A stretch of DNA of 62,918 bases, the filler included, from Octopus bimaculoides (lineage: Eukaryota), in assembly GCF_001194135.2 (NCBI RefSeq). It is 5 parts of 5 records of this genome, joined end to end, with 100 filler letters (N's around TTAATTAATTAA, not from the genome) between each part and the next. Parts side by side here need not be neighbours in the genome. Positions count along the whole stretch, not along the records: positions 18,408 to 26,249 come from NC_068984.1; positions 26,350 to 49,089 come from NC_068988.1; 3 more parts are not named here. One strand, 5' to 3'. Positions 23,359 through 36,310 of this stretch are shown in pieces. The notes below the pieces were generated by a model. It was not told the DNA's origin. It made no database searches and worked only from the letters and a program-made list of their open reading frames with translations. Each line of letters starts with the position of its first letter. Within the stretch, counting starts at the first letter, position 1. The position numbers were made by a program, and so were the translations under genes.

Positions 23359-25754
23359 TTTATTTTCTTCCTTCTTCACCTTCGTTCTCTCTTTNNNNNN
23401 NNNNNNNNNNNNNNNNNNNNNNNNNNNNNNNNNNNNNNNNNNNNNNNNNNNNNNNNNNNNNNNNNNNNNNNNNNNNNNNNNNNNNNNNNNNNNNNNNNNN
23501 NNNNNNNNNNNNNNNNNNNNNNNNNNNNNNNNNNNNNNNNNNNNNNNNNNNNNNNNNNNNNNNNNNNNNNNNNNNNNNNNNNNNNNNNNNNNNNNNNNNN
23601 NNNNNNNNNNNNNNNNNNNNNNNNNNNNNNNNNNNNNNNNNNNNNNNNNNNNNNNNNNNNNNNNNNNNNNNNNNNNNNNNNNNNNNNNNNNNNNNNNNNN
23701 NNNNNNNNNNNNNNNNNNNNNNNNNNNNNNNNNNNNNNNNNNNNNNNNNNNNNNNNNNNNNNNNNNNNNNNNNNTCCTTCCTTCCTTCCTTCCTTCCTTC
23801 TCCTTCTTCTTCTTCTTCTTCTTCTTCTTCTTCTTCTTCTTCTCCTCCTCCTCTTCCTCCTCCTCCTCCTCCTCCTTCTTCTTCTTCTTCTTCTTCTTCT
23901 TCTTCTTCTTCTTCTTCTTCTTCTTCTTCTTCTTCTTCCAAGTACAGCGACATCTGCTCAGGGATCAAGGCGAAATAGCCAACCATCGGAACGGCTGCTT
24001 CGAATCACCCCCTCCGTCTGTAAAGGATTCCCCCCACCACCACGCTTCACTCTGTGGCACTTAAATCAGTGACACACATGTTCGATCAATTAAGGGACAT
24101 CCTATACCAACAAGGACGCAGGTGTGCGGTAGAAGACACCAACGTTTTTTTTGTGTCAGATGTAACGGAAATCAGTGACCGGAACCGGACTGAAGAAATT
24201 TAAGATGGGAGCAGAGGTACGTTGTAACCAGAATAAACGGTAACTCAAAGCCTGCCAGGGCAACTGAGAGTAGTCAATTTTCGTCACTGAATTGAGGTTT
24301 TAGTTAATATATTTAAGGTCCAAATTGTTCTGTACCGCCAGGTGAATACGAAATGGAATAAGCTTTGATTAATGATGATCCGTCTCATGTAGAAACGGTT
24401 AAAAAGAAGTGTCCCTATAAAATCGGACAGAGCTGGTGAAGGCCTAGATCTCCTCTATAAATCATCACCCGGTCATTATATCTTGATTCAGGCCATATGT
24501 AACCTGATTCGAAATCTGCTCTTGTGCTTCATGTTGAATGTACGAACCCCAATAGTCAGAAGAACCATCTGCTGGCAAAACACGCTTCATGGAAGTCTCA
24601 GAATGTTCTGGTTAATGATGTTATCGCATGCGCCGAGGCTGCAATGTCTAGAAACATTTTTGAACAGTGAGCAGATTGCGATCGTCTTGTTGCAGTTCTT
24701 TTAATTTGCCAAGGAGGAGCCCTTCATAACATAGAAACCAATATTTAGTGTCTGGTGCCTGGAATATTGCCAAGTACTATAGTCCGTTACTAGTTGATGT
24801 GACTTAACTAGTCAACCCTTGTTTCCATATAGAGAGTTAGTAGAGGGAGTAGGAGAAGATTTTCCGGCTGATACTCTCGGAGTCTAAGAAAATCAAACAG
24901 ACTCTGCTGGATGATTTTTGCATCAGAAATTATGGACAACTTCAATACGTTCTTGCTCTGACAGTGGAACCGTGAGATATTTCATGGTAAATCAAATGAA
25001 AGAATCATCGCGTTCTTTTATACACGAAATGCCTATATGAGAGGCTCTCTCAAGGCTAACAACGCAGTATTCGGTAGTCTAACAACACACCCATATTAAG
25101 TTGGATGTGACATTTACCTTTTGACACTAACGCTGCTTCCGTCGGAGATAATTAATTTTTTAATAAGCCTGATGGCTTTTTGCGACATCAGTGTTTGAAA
25201 AGATGCTGGAGTTCTCCATATCGTAGCAGCAAGATCCAACTGCTATGCGGTGATCGGTGGCTCTCATTGAGGAGGTCCAATAGACCGAAATGACGCGATA
25301 TGGAAATCGCAGCACTCATGGCAGACGAGTTTCGTCTGCTGCGATCTATGTATGGGCTTTTGTGCATCCAGCACCTAAACGAGAGATTCTTTTAAGGCTA
25401 ATAACGAAGTCTTCGGTGTTCTAACAAGTCATCCGTGTTAGGATGTATATAATGCTTAGATTTTGGTGTAAGTACTGCTTCGGTTGCTAATAATTAATTA
25501 TTGAAATTGTTTCAGAGTCAAACAAGAACTGAGGCGAAGCCAGAGATTGAAGGTGGAATGGAGAATAACAGCAACCAGGTGGAAATGGAAGCAGTTGAAG
25601 GTCCTGCAGAGGCCCCTATAACTAAAGAAGTAGTCATCGTCGGTGAGGAGGGAGCCAGCGATTCAAAAGAAAGTAAACTTAGGAAATGGAGGTACGAACA
25701 TAGTGTAACTCGATTCTTGTAACACGACTAGTATAAAACAATATTTGTAACATG

Positions 25755-26240
25755 GTTGGTTCAAATTCCGCCGAGGTCGACTTTGCCTTTCGACTTTTCA
25801 TCCGTTCGGAGTCGATGAAATAAGTACCAGTTGCGTACTGAGATCGATGCAACCGATTTATCCCACCGAAATTGCTAGCCTTGTGTAAAAAAATTTGAAA
25901 TCAATATTTCAATATTGTATTGAGTTTAAATGACGCCGAGGTCAACTTTCATTCTTTGCGGGGTTGTTGGAAAGAGTGCCAGTTGAGGACTGGGGTCGAT
26001 CTAATCGACTAGCCCCTCCTCCCACCAAAACAATAGCTGACCTTACGCCAAAATTCGAAGTCACTATTTTAATAGTCTATGGTATTTGTATTGGCAGAAT
26101 TAGTAGAGCGTCAGCCAAAACAGCGTGCGCTATTTCGTTGCTTCTTTTAAATTTCCGTGTTCAATTCGTGACGGATGTCACTGTGACTTTTATCTTTCGT
26201 CCTTAAGCGAGGGTCAAATATAGAAGTACCAATAATGGTA
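25755..26240 (+). mobile_element. Three tandem partial SINE family A copies
   Basis: ttcaaattccgccgaggtcgactttgcc (25760), gccgaggtcaactttcattc (25935), ggcagaattagtagagcgtcagccaaaac (26092). Confidence 0.7.
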
Positions 26241-26865
26241 GTAAGTACGNNNNNNNNNNNNNNNNNNNNNNNNNNNNNNNNNNNNNNNNNNNNTTAATTA
26301 ATTAANNNNNNNNNNNNNNNNNNNNNNNNNNNNNNNNNNNNNNNNNNNNACATATACATGTGTATTTTTGTTTATGAGTGCGTGTGCGTGCGTGCGCGTG
26401 TGTGTGTGTGTGTGCGTGTGTGTGCATGTGTGAGTGTGTGTACATATATATATGTATGTGGGTAAATTGAATATATCTGACCGAGTGACGACCGCGCCCT
26501 GTATAGTTACGGACTGCCCTTTGGCAGTGCATAACACCCGTTCGACCATCCTGCCAGAGATACGGTGATATCATGGGACTGCAGCATGGCGGATTGCGAA
26601 GACGTAGCGGAAGAGCTCATCATGGCCAACAGTGCTTCTTACATTGATGCTGAGCGGAGAAATCCTTGAAGATCAACGGTTAGGATCACCAAGTTTTCTC
26701 AAGAGAGTAACCGCAACGCATCCGTAGGGATGGCGTCCATGTTTGTGTAACCAGCTAATGAAAGATTCGTTATGACTCAAGTTCACAATTCAAATTCATA
26801 ATAATAGAATTAGATGGCGACAGAGAGTCATGGGAATAAGCAAAAGCAGTGATAAAAATGTATAT

Positions 26866-26911
<46 letters not shown>

Positions 26912-27109
26912 AACAAAAGTGCGCTTAGAGAAATAACGCAGAGGGACCAGTGGCATTTACATGAATAACATACATAAATACAGGTTTATCAAATACTCTA
27001 CAATGCAAATACTTGGTTGATTAAATTTATCTCTACTTCTAGAGATGAATCTCAATTACCAAATGGTTTCATATGAGAAAGGGGGTAATCTCAAGTATTA
27101 AGAATTTCT

Positions 27110-27315
27110 TCGGCGAGCTGGTAGAATCGTTAGCGCACCGGGCAAAATGCTTAGCGGTATTTCGTTTGCCGTTACGTTCTGAGTCCAAATTCCGCCAAGG
27201 TTGACTTTGCCTTTCATCCTTTCGGGGTCGATTAAATAAGTAATTGACTTAACCTCTTTGTCTGTCCTTGTTTGTCTCCTCTATGTTTAGCTCCCTGTGG
27301 GCAATAAAGAAATAA
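27110..27315 (+). mobile_element. SINE family A
   Basis: cggcgagctggtagaatcgttagcgcaccgggcaaaatgcttagcggtatttcg...ccttgtttgtctcctctatgtttagctccctgtgggcaataaagaaataa. Confidence 0.85.
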
Positions 27316-27886
27316 ATATTGACATGCCATAAAGTAATAGGATAGGGTTATTGTCTGGAAATAAGAGGACAGTCATGAACACCTGTTTCGGTGCACATAC
27401 AGACATACATGCACACACACACACACACACACACACCCACACATGTTACATTTGTATGAGAATGGAACTCCGCAGAGTTTCCTGCGCCACGAACTATCAA
27501 CGCACCAATCAAAACTACAAAATATACAGCATCAACAACAACAACAATAACAAGCCAAAATAAATACTGTTAAACTCTAATAAACTAATTAAATGCGTAT
27601 TAATTATCATTGAATGAAAAATAGTTATGCATAACCATATTTAACCTGTTCACGTACATTTGAACACGGAAAGACAATACGCTGCACAAGTTGAATCGAG
27701 AGAAGAAATTCTCCTTATAGACAATAAGGATATAAGCACACCACTAGGCCATAATTGATGTCACCGCACGGTAAGACGCGTGCATTTCTGCGACGTTACG
27801 CATCATCAGCCACGTATACAGAGCCGTATTGTTTTTCCATGTCCGAATGTAGAACATGTAAAATATAGCTAAGTATAATCTATCTT

Positions 27887-27928
<42 letters not shown>

Positions 27929-27938
27929 AATCTATCAC

Positions 27939-27970
<32 letters not shown>

Positions 27971-28799
27971 CCTACCTACCTACTTACCTACCTACCTACC
28001 TACCTACCTACCTACCTACCTATCTGTCTGTCTGTCTTACTGTCTGACAGTGTCTTGCTGTCTGTCTGTCAGTCAGTTTGCTTGTCTGTTTGCCTATCTG
28101 TCTGATTGTTAGTCTGTCAGGCTGTCTGTCCGTTTGTCTGTCAGTCTGTTTGTCTGCCTGTGAATATGTGCGTGCGTGCTTCTGTACGTGTGTATGAATT
28201 TATTACATGTTAGCAGCAGATATGAATATATTTATGAGAAATCAGGCTGTGATGTTGTTGAGAGAGAGAGAGAGGGGGGAATCGGGAAGGGAGGCAGAGG
28301 GGGACGAAGCGGTAGGAGGAAGCGAGAGGGGAGGCAAAATAAAGAGGAAGAATACAAAAATGAGATCATAAAACAAACAAGAAACAGTGCTAATTTTACA
28401 ACCATGCAACCATTGTATTATTCTAGCAATATGCGAACATGAATAGCCACCCCACCAATCATATTCTTTCTCCTACTCCTTCACTTCTTCCCTCTCATCA
28501 TCATCACCACTGCTACCGTCATCATTATCATCACCACCAACGTCCTCCTCCTCCTGCTCTTCTTTATCATCGTTGTCATCATCATCATCATCAACATCGT
28601 CGTCGTCGTCGTCGTCGTCACAAAAGTGGCGAATAGGCAGAATTGTTAGCACGCCGAACGAAGTGCTTGGCAGCATTTCTTCCGGTTATACGTTGAGTTC
28701 TACTGAAGTCCACTTTTATCCTTTCAGAGTCGATGAAATACGTACCAGTCGAGCGCTGGTACGTATTTCCAATAGTGGAAAGATGTGGTGAAAGAATCC

Positions 28800-29138
28800 A
28801 ACAGGGTTCGCAAACAAAGTAGTAAATTGTGGTCCCTCATTAGTATTTTAAGGGTCCATGAACAAAAAAATTACTTTAGATGTACTTATTGCAAGAAATG
28901 ACTGGGTTTCTTTCTCTAATGTTTTAGATAATCTAACGTTTCTGGCCACCGAAACATGTTCTCTCAGTGAGTTCTGTTGCAAACCTACACAAGTTAATGT
29001 GCGAAAAACAAAACAGGAATTTTGAAAGAAGTCTCTATAAAATTAGTTTTTAAATATCGAATGGCTAGGGTGGGGGTCCACCAGAATAAACTAGTAATCA
29101 AAGGAGTCCATAATTTAAAAAAATGGTTGAGAACCTCT
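28800..29138. mobile_element. Probable hAT-type non-autonomous element (MITE)
   Basis: Left end cagggttcgcaaac and right end ggttgagaacctct resemble the CAGxGGTTCYCAAMC terminal inverted repeat of hAT MITEs. No TSD established. Confidence 0.4.
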
Positions 29139-30084
29139 ACTTCAGATATATTTTGAAAAATTTATCTGTAAAGCTAGCTTTTAGNNNNNNNNNNNNNNNN
29201 NNNNNNNNNNNNNNNNNNNNNNNNNNNNNNNNNNNNNNNNNNNNNNNNNNNNNNNNNNNNNNNNNNNNNNNNNNNNNNNNNNNNNNNNNNNNNNNNNNNN
29301 NNNNNNNNNNNNNNNNNNNNNNNNNNNNNNNNNNNNNNNNNNNNNNNNNNNNNNNNNNNNNNNNNNNNNNNNNNNNNNNNNNNNNNNNNNNNNNNNNNNN
29401 NNNNNNNNNNNNNNNNNNNNNNNNNNNNNNNNNNNNNNNNNNNNNNNNNNNNNNNNNNNNNNNNNNNNNNNNNNNNNNNNNNNNNNNNNNNNNNNNNNNN
29501 NNNNNNNNNNNNNNNNNNNNNNNNNNNNNNNNNNNNNNNNNNNNNNNNNNNNNNNNNNNNNNNNNNNNNNNNNNNNNNNNNNNNNNNNNNNNNNNNNNNN
29601 NNNNNNNNNNNNNNNNNNNNNNNNNNNNNNNNNNNNNNNNNNNNNNNNNNNNNNNNNNNNNNNNNNNNNNNNNNNNNNNNNNNNNNNNNNNNNNNNNNNN
29701 NNNNNNNNNNNNNNNNNNNNNNNNNNNNNNNNNNNNNNNNNNNNNNNNNNNNNNNNNNNNNNNNNNNNNNNNNNNNNNNNNNNNNNNNNNNNNNNNNNNN
29801 NNNNNNNNNNNNNNNNNNNNNNNNNNNNNNNNNNNNNNNNNNNNNNNNNNNNNNNNNNNNNNNNNNNNNNNNNNNNNNNNNNNNNNNNNNNNNNNNNNNN
29901 NNNNNNNNNNNNNNNNNNNNNNNNNNNNNNNNNNNNNNNNNNNNNNNNNNNNNNNNNNNNNNNNNNNNNNNNNNNNNNNNNNNNNNNNNNNNNNNNNNNN
30001 NNNNNNNNNNNNNNNNNNNNNNNNNNNNNNNNNNNNNACCCATACCTGCAATTCAATGACTGAAACAAACGAGAAGGTAAGAAG

Positions 30085-30124
<40 letters not shown>

Positions 30125-30526
30125 ACACACACCCACACACACATACAGACACACATATGTTAGTAAGCCAGTAAAGACCCGTGCAATACATCCGGGTCGA
30201 AATACATATGATATTTGGCCAATAGACTACTCTGCTATATATCTATATCGAGAAGGTGTATGGTAGTAGAGCAATAGACTATTATACAACATATCTATGT
30301 CGATATATATATGCACTATAGTAAGCCAATAGAGACTTCTCAAAGCAATGATGGTAAGTCAATAAAAATTTAGAGTTTATTCGACTTAGTGGTTGTATGT
30401 TTGCTTTTCAAAGTAAAAAATGTGCAAAAATTCTGCTACATCAGCCGTGTATAATAGATACATACATCAGCCGTGTATAATAGATACATACATACATACA
30501 CACAATCACACTTTCACATATATATA

Positions 30527-30564
<38 letters not shown>

Positions 30565-30612
30565 CACGAATATATTTGTATATAAGTATATATGTATGCA
30601 TACATGTATGCT

Positions 30613-30663
<51 letters not shown>

Positions 30664-31399
30664 NNNNNNNNNNNNNNNNNNNNNNNNNNNNNNNNNNNNN
30701 NNNNNNNNNNNNNNNNNNNNNNNNNNNNNNNNNNNNNNNNNNNNNNNNNNNNNNNNNNNNNNNNNNNNNNNNNNNNNNNNNNNNNNNNNNNNNNNNNNNN
30801 NNNNNNNNNNNNNNNNNNNNNNNNNNNNNNNNNNNNNNNNNNNNNNNNNNNNNNNNNNNNNNNNNNNNNNNNNNNNNNNNNNNNNNNNNNNNNNNNNNNN
30901 NNNNNNNNNNNNNNNNNNNNNNNNNNNNNNNNNNNNNNNNNNNNNNNNNNNNNNNNNNNNNNNNNNNNNNNNNNNNNNNNNNNCTGCCACCACCACTAAC
31001 AACATCATATTCCATTCAAAAGTAAAACAAAACAAAAATCAATATATTTCATTTCAATGGAGGTGGCGGGGGGATAGAACTAATCAATAAACCGATGTCA
31101 ATTCAGAAATTCTAAACTATAAAAATCGATCTAACGTACAATGTGTTTAGACTGTGTTTAATCTACTTTTCCATTGTGTTTAGGGTTGTATTTCCCCTGT
31201 ATCTGGCAGCTTGTTTAAGCTGGTTGGACAGGACTTTGGGGCGAAACTTGAAGTCCCTATCAACACTTACCATTAATAGCTGCATATACTGTGCTAAATT
31301 TAGTTGTTTGTATAAAAGGAAGAAAAAAAACCGAAAACAAAATCTCCAAAAATGAAAGAATTTTGAAAATTCCAAAGAAAAAAACCCCAGAAATCGCGA

Positions 31400-32180
31400 C
31401 TAGATAATGACTGCGAGGTTACTGTTTACTCAAAGCAGTCGCCCTCGGCTTTCATCACGCCTTCAAGACTGCTCCGGAACCTGACACATGTTTTCCTCAT
31501 TGTGTTCCTGGAAAGATCTACGAACATCCCCTTGATCTTGGATACCAGCTCGGCCTCAGTGTTGCAGGCAGAGCGGTTTGTGTCTTTCTCAACCGCCCCT
31601 CACACGTAGTAATCTACGGAATTAAGATGCTAAAAGCTAGGGCTGGTGAAGTAGAAGAAATTCCCCGACAGTCTCTTCTGATTCTTTCTGGAGGTAGTGC
31701 AAGAAAGCGATAACTGCTGCCATATATATCACCTTCTAGCAGCAACTCTCTCCAGCTAAGGATCGACCATAGTCTCCTGCAGCTTGACATAGCCGACTGA
31801 ATTGATCCTAAGGCCCTGTTCAAAGATGTAGAGATGAATTACGGCGTAAGGACGCAGTCAGAATGCTTGTTATGTCTGTTTTTGTTGACCAAAGTTTCGT
31901 AGTCTCCGATGCAACTGTCTATGTCACGTCTTACAGCCTTTACAATGTTCATAGAGCATTGAGCAGCCGCCACGAAGTCGGTGTTTTGATACCCGGCGAG
32001 AATAACCATCATCATACAGGTAGCTCTTTCCCAATATTCCGACGGCTCTAATCCTCCATTACATTTAACTTTTTCTCAACTACATCTTTATGCTCTCCAA
32101 CGTCGTTGACTATGCAGCAATACATCAATTGTTCTTGAAAACAGGAGGAATTTTAAATGTTCAAATTTATCCCGAACACT
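31400..32180 (-). mobile_element. Internally deleted Tc1/mariner-superfamily transposase remnant
   Basis: Minus frames: GYQNTDFVAAAQCSMNIVKAVRRDIDSCIGDYE...HNKHSDCVLTP (N-terminal region) and LNSVDYYV*GAVEKDTNRSACNTEAELVSKIKGMF...CVRFRSSLEGVMKAEGDCFE* (cf. SPDxNPLDYYVWG...CxRFRxRLEAVIxAEGGYFE). Confidence 0.75.
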
Positions 32181-32199
32181 CTACACAAATATGATTCCT

Positions 32200-32595
32200 G
32201 GTTCAGTCTCACTGCATGACACCTTGGGCACGGCTGTATAGTTAAGAAGCTTTCTTTGTTACCTCTTGGTTTCAGGTTCAGTCTTACAACGTGGCACCTT
32301 ATGGGTGGACGGAAGCTATTAGGAATCCTGTGTTGTGTGTATATATACATATATGTATTCATATATATGTGTATGTGTTTGTGTCTTTTGATGTTTGTGT
32401 TTGTTTCCCCTCGCCGCTTCATAACCGGTGTTGGTTTCTTTACGTCCTCCGCATTCTAGTGGTTCGATAAAAGTTACCGATAAAATAAACATTAGGCTGA
32501 AAAATAAATACTGGAGTCGATTTATTCGACTAAACCTTTCAAGGAGGTGCCCCAGCATGGTCGTAGTCTGAGTGAAACATGCAAAAGATAAAGTT
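32200..32595 (+). mobile_element. SINE family B, old and diverged
   Basis: ggttcagtctcactgcatgacaccttgggca; ttcaggttcagtcttacaacgtggcacc; 3' half gagtcgatttattcgactaaacc...ccagcatggtcgtagtc. Confidence 0.7.
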
Positions 32596-32709
32596 TACCG
32601 TGGCATGATTTAAGAGAATATAAATAAATACCATAATCTCTCATTCGATGCACAAGAGATTCTGCCATCCATAAACCATTTAATTGCAATTTTTAATTAA
32701 GACATAATG

Positions 32710-33530
32710 CCAGTAATTTTGAGGGTAATGGGGAGTTGATTACATCGACCCTAGTGTTCTGCTCAGCTTGTAGTTATTTTATTGACACCCTGCCCCCAAG
32801 GATTGAAAGCAAAGTCGAACTCGGCAGAATGTGAACTCAGAACACAAGAACCGGAAGAAATGCCGTTAAACATTTTGTCCCGTGCACTAATGATTTTGCC
32901 ACTCACCTCTCTTTTAATAATGAACCTTTTTTACTATAAACACAAGGCCTGAAATTCTAAAGGAAGGAGGTAATCGATAACATCGGTCGTAGTTCTCAAC
33001 TGGCTCTTATTTGATTGGCACCATAATAAAAGGATGAAAGGCAAAGTTGACCGTGGCGGAATTTGAACTCAGAACGCAACCCCCGCTGCAAAACAATAGA
33101 AATATCTCAATGCATTTTGTTTGCCGCCCATAATAACTTGTAATGTAACCACACGCCACAGATGTAAAAAGGAATTAGTCGACTACATTGACACTTGGCT
33201 ATTTTATATACTCCATAATGAACGGCAGGATTTGAACTCAGAACGTGAAATGTAAGAACTAAATACTGTAAAGCCGTTTCAAGTATACCACTTTACAATT
33301 TCAGCCCTTAATCTAATAAAATTTATTTTCAAAGACGGCGAAAAACACCAACAAATTTCGGTGGCTGCGATAGCCTCCATTAAAAACTACTACTTCACTA
33401 GTACTTAAAATTTATCGTCCATGAGAGAATAAAAAGCAAATGTGACATTAGTAAGATTCGAACTCAAAATAAAAGTAACAGCCGTAACCAAATACAGCAA
33501 CACATAGCGTTCCGATGCTCTAACGATTGT
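32710..33530 (-). mobile_element. Cluster of about four diverged SINE family A copies in the same orientation
   Basis: Repeated (a/g)gcaaagt..(a/c)c.(t/g)ggc(a/g)gaat(g/t)tgaactcagaac at about 32815, 33045, 33225 and 33455. Confidence 0.65.
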
Positions 33531-34369
33531 GTCACAATGCGCTCTGATTCCTAACTAAGTTTTATTAATATTTTCTCTTTTCCATTTTACTTTCTATTAT
33601 TCGTTTTAGATATGACGAGGCTTGAATCTCCTATTCCGTTTCAAGAAGATTGTTTGAAATAATTTCATTTGCGACATAGAATTTCAAGTACTACTTTGTC
33701 TGAATTCTAGTACCTATGAGACCTTGCCATAGATTTCTACTCTCTTCCTCTAATTCACAGACATAGGACATTCTGTTCTCTGTCCAATGTAGTCAAATTT
33801 CATTAGTTGCTCAAGATCTTCATTTTTCACATAAGACTTGATAAATTCAAGAAAAAAATCTATACATGTGATTACACAGAATAATGAAGAGAAAATGGAA
33901 AACAGACACGCATGCATGCGCACACACATCTATATGTATAATTACATATAAACACATACACACACACACTTATTATATTTGTATATATGTGTGTAAATAT
34001 GTGTAAGTATATATGTAGAAATATTTGTTTATACTTCTTGCATTGAAGAGTACAGTGGTATATAATTAATTTAATTTAGTTACTGCTATTCAACCAAGAT
34101 TTTGCACGATTTTTGTATCGCTGTACGAAACGATCGTCTGCATGAATTTACACTCTCTTATATATTTTAAGGTCTTCTTTTCTCCATTTTTAGCAAAATA
34201 TTTGAGTTTTATAGGATTCCTTTCCATAAATTCACATAATACACCACATACAAGTATTAATTTCATATTCGCAAACTTACGCCAGTAAGCTACCAGCAAA
34301 TTATGAAGAATCTATATTAGAAATCTTTTTTTTGAAAACTTCAAATTAAAGGACGAATCTACTTCAACC

Positions 34370-34460
<91 letters not shown>

Positions 34461-35009
34461 NNNNNNNNNNNNNNNNNNNNNNNNNNNNNNNNNNNNNNNN
34501 NNNNNNNNNNNNNNNNNNNNNNNNNNNNNNNNNNNNNNNNNNNNNNNNNNNNNNNNNNNNNNNNNNNNNNNNNNNNNNNNNNNNNNNNNNNNNNNNNNNN
34601 NNNNNNNNNNNNNNNNNNNNNNNNNNNNTGCAGTGTGTTAAACATTAAAAAGATATTTTGTAATGTACATAAAGTTCAATTAGCGCTTTCATACATTCGT
34701 AGTAATCATTAGATTTCAAAATGTATTTAATTGACAGTTGATTTCTTGACATCTGTAATAAAATGACTGACTTCTTCCTCTTTATACCTCTTAGAAGACT
34801 CCAACGAGCAGAATTTTTCGAATACGGTTTTGACCAATCCGAATGCATCTTAAACGTCGCGGTTTGCCGGGCGTACCTATATTACTGGCATAGATCCCGC
34901 CTTTATTTTAACCAATTAGCTTGCGGTTTACATGTAATGGTTTTATGAGTGAGCAAACTTAGTTGGTTTCAATCGTTTTTATTTCAATTCGTGGGAATCT
35001 TCTGTAATT

Positions 35010-35750
35010 TGTTTTTATTCATATGCTAAAGATATTTTTTAATCCACATCATTAACTGGATTAATGTTGTTATTTCCGTTCAGAATAAGTTTGAACATTT
35101 TAGTAAAACGTTTTTCTTTTATCTTTCTTCCAGCCTCACTTGTGTCATGTAGTTTGTGGAAAGGAAAAATTAGAAACATTTTCCGACCACATGTTTCTAT
35201 ATGCTCGCTGAAAAAACTGTATCGCAACAAAGAAGTGGAGTTTTCTTTGTCTTTCGATTGATTGGTATCGACACTGAAAGATGTTTGTGATAAGTCTCGT
35301 ATAATTTCTCCCAATAAAAACAAAGACTGCTATAGTTGATCTATATATAACCAATTTCAGGAAACACGATTCACCAGTTTGGTCGATTGTATTTGTACTG
35401 TTCAAATTGACTGTCATGTTGGAAGTTCTCTAGGTGTATGCTAAGTAAATTTGACTTTGGTGTTGAAGAGTTTATTGCAGGCGGGAAATTTTGCCTTACA
35501 ACTCTTGACTATATTGATGGCTACATTCATGCCGTAAGGTGGATTATGCCAAATTTCTTTTCTCTTTCTGGTTCTTCTATTGTGTGGTTGATGTTGCTTA
35601 TATACGAGTTTTTCACTAAAGCTATTTCTTGCTAGAGTGTAAGAGACGAATGCACTGTTTAAAATGTTCATTTCTGGATGTTCTTAGAATTTGTCATTTG
35701 GATTTCCGTAGCGGAATATTTCCTTGAGATTAAATCTAGTGTTATATCTA
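35010..35750 (-). mobile_element. Penelope-like element remnant (post-RT linker and GIY-YIG region)
   Basis: Minus frames RTRKRKEIWHNPPYGMNVAINIVKS...FNTKVKFT (cf. RKRNIIWFNPPYS.NV.TNIG...FNRNTVKVSYS) and a downstream decayed GIY-YIG-like stretch. Confidence 0.7.
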
Positions 35751-35774
35751 AAGCCCTTGGTATTGTTAAATTTC

Positions 35775-35976
35775 TAAGCACAACGCCAGAAATTTTTGGG
35801 GAAGAGGGGCAGTCGATTAGATCGGCACCAGTACGCAACTGGTACTTAATTTATCGACCTCGAAAGGATGAAAGGCAAAGTTGACCTCGGTGGAACTTGA
35901 ACTCAGAACGTAAAGACAGACGAAATACCGCTAAGCATTTCGCCTGGCGTGCTAACGTTTCTGCCAGCTCGCCGCC
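35775..35976 (-). mobile_element. SINE family A, young full copy
   Basis: Reverse complement of ggcggcgagctggcagaaacgttagcacgccaggcgaaatgcttagcggtatttcgtctg.... Confidence 0.9.
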
Positions 35977-36276
35977 TTACAAAAGCTCCAGAATAAAGCG
36001 TCTGGCGAGTACAGAGCGTTAAGTGAAATGAAATAAATGACCAAGGGAGATAATTAAGTAATCAACTTCATTAGCGTACAGCTGTTTCTTCTATAAGATG
36101 CAGTGCACTCATAGTTAAGTGCTTGTACATCACTTTACGGCTTCCTTGGAGCTTCAAAACATTATAATAATGATAAATAAATAAAACAAATCTGACTGCA
36201 TATCATGACAGAAACAGCTGTGTGCTAATGAAGTTGATTAGTGATTTCTGTTCACTTGTCATTTATTTAATTTCAC

Positions 36277-36310
<34 letters not shown>

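Larger units (their letters stand above)
22500..26760 (-). mobile_element. Heavily decayed L2/CR1-clade LINE ORF2, interrupted by SINEs, microsatellites and gaps, with an internal tandem re-start near 25030/25375
   Basis: Minus-strand frames in the expected order: LTVDLQGF...ALLAMMSS (26560-26760); SLLTDDDYFF...LSSCLTLKQFQ*LIISNRSST...KESL (25380-25640, cf. SSLTADDF...LSSF...LLLSN...INTSL); EYQPENLLLLPLL (cf. NYRPISLLP); MFLDIAAS...RWFF (cf. LLDLSAAFD...WF); YGLNQD (cf. GVPQGS); PRLPRLFF...HSSL...FHNWF (22600-22720, cf. AARLVF...HITP...LHWLP). Many stops; alignment by eye. Confidence 0.6.

Noticed and set aside
25030-25500. Diverged 130-bp direct repeat with codon-like substitution pattern (342-bp spacing)
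   Set aside because: Both copies map to the same pre-RT segment of the L2 fossil on the minus strand; a duplicated LINE piece, not a repeat-protein gene.
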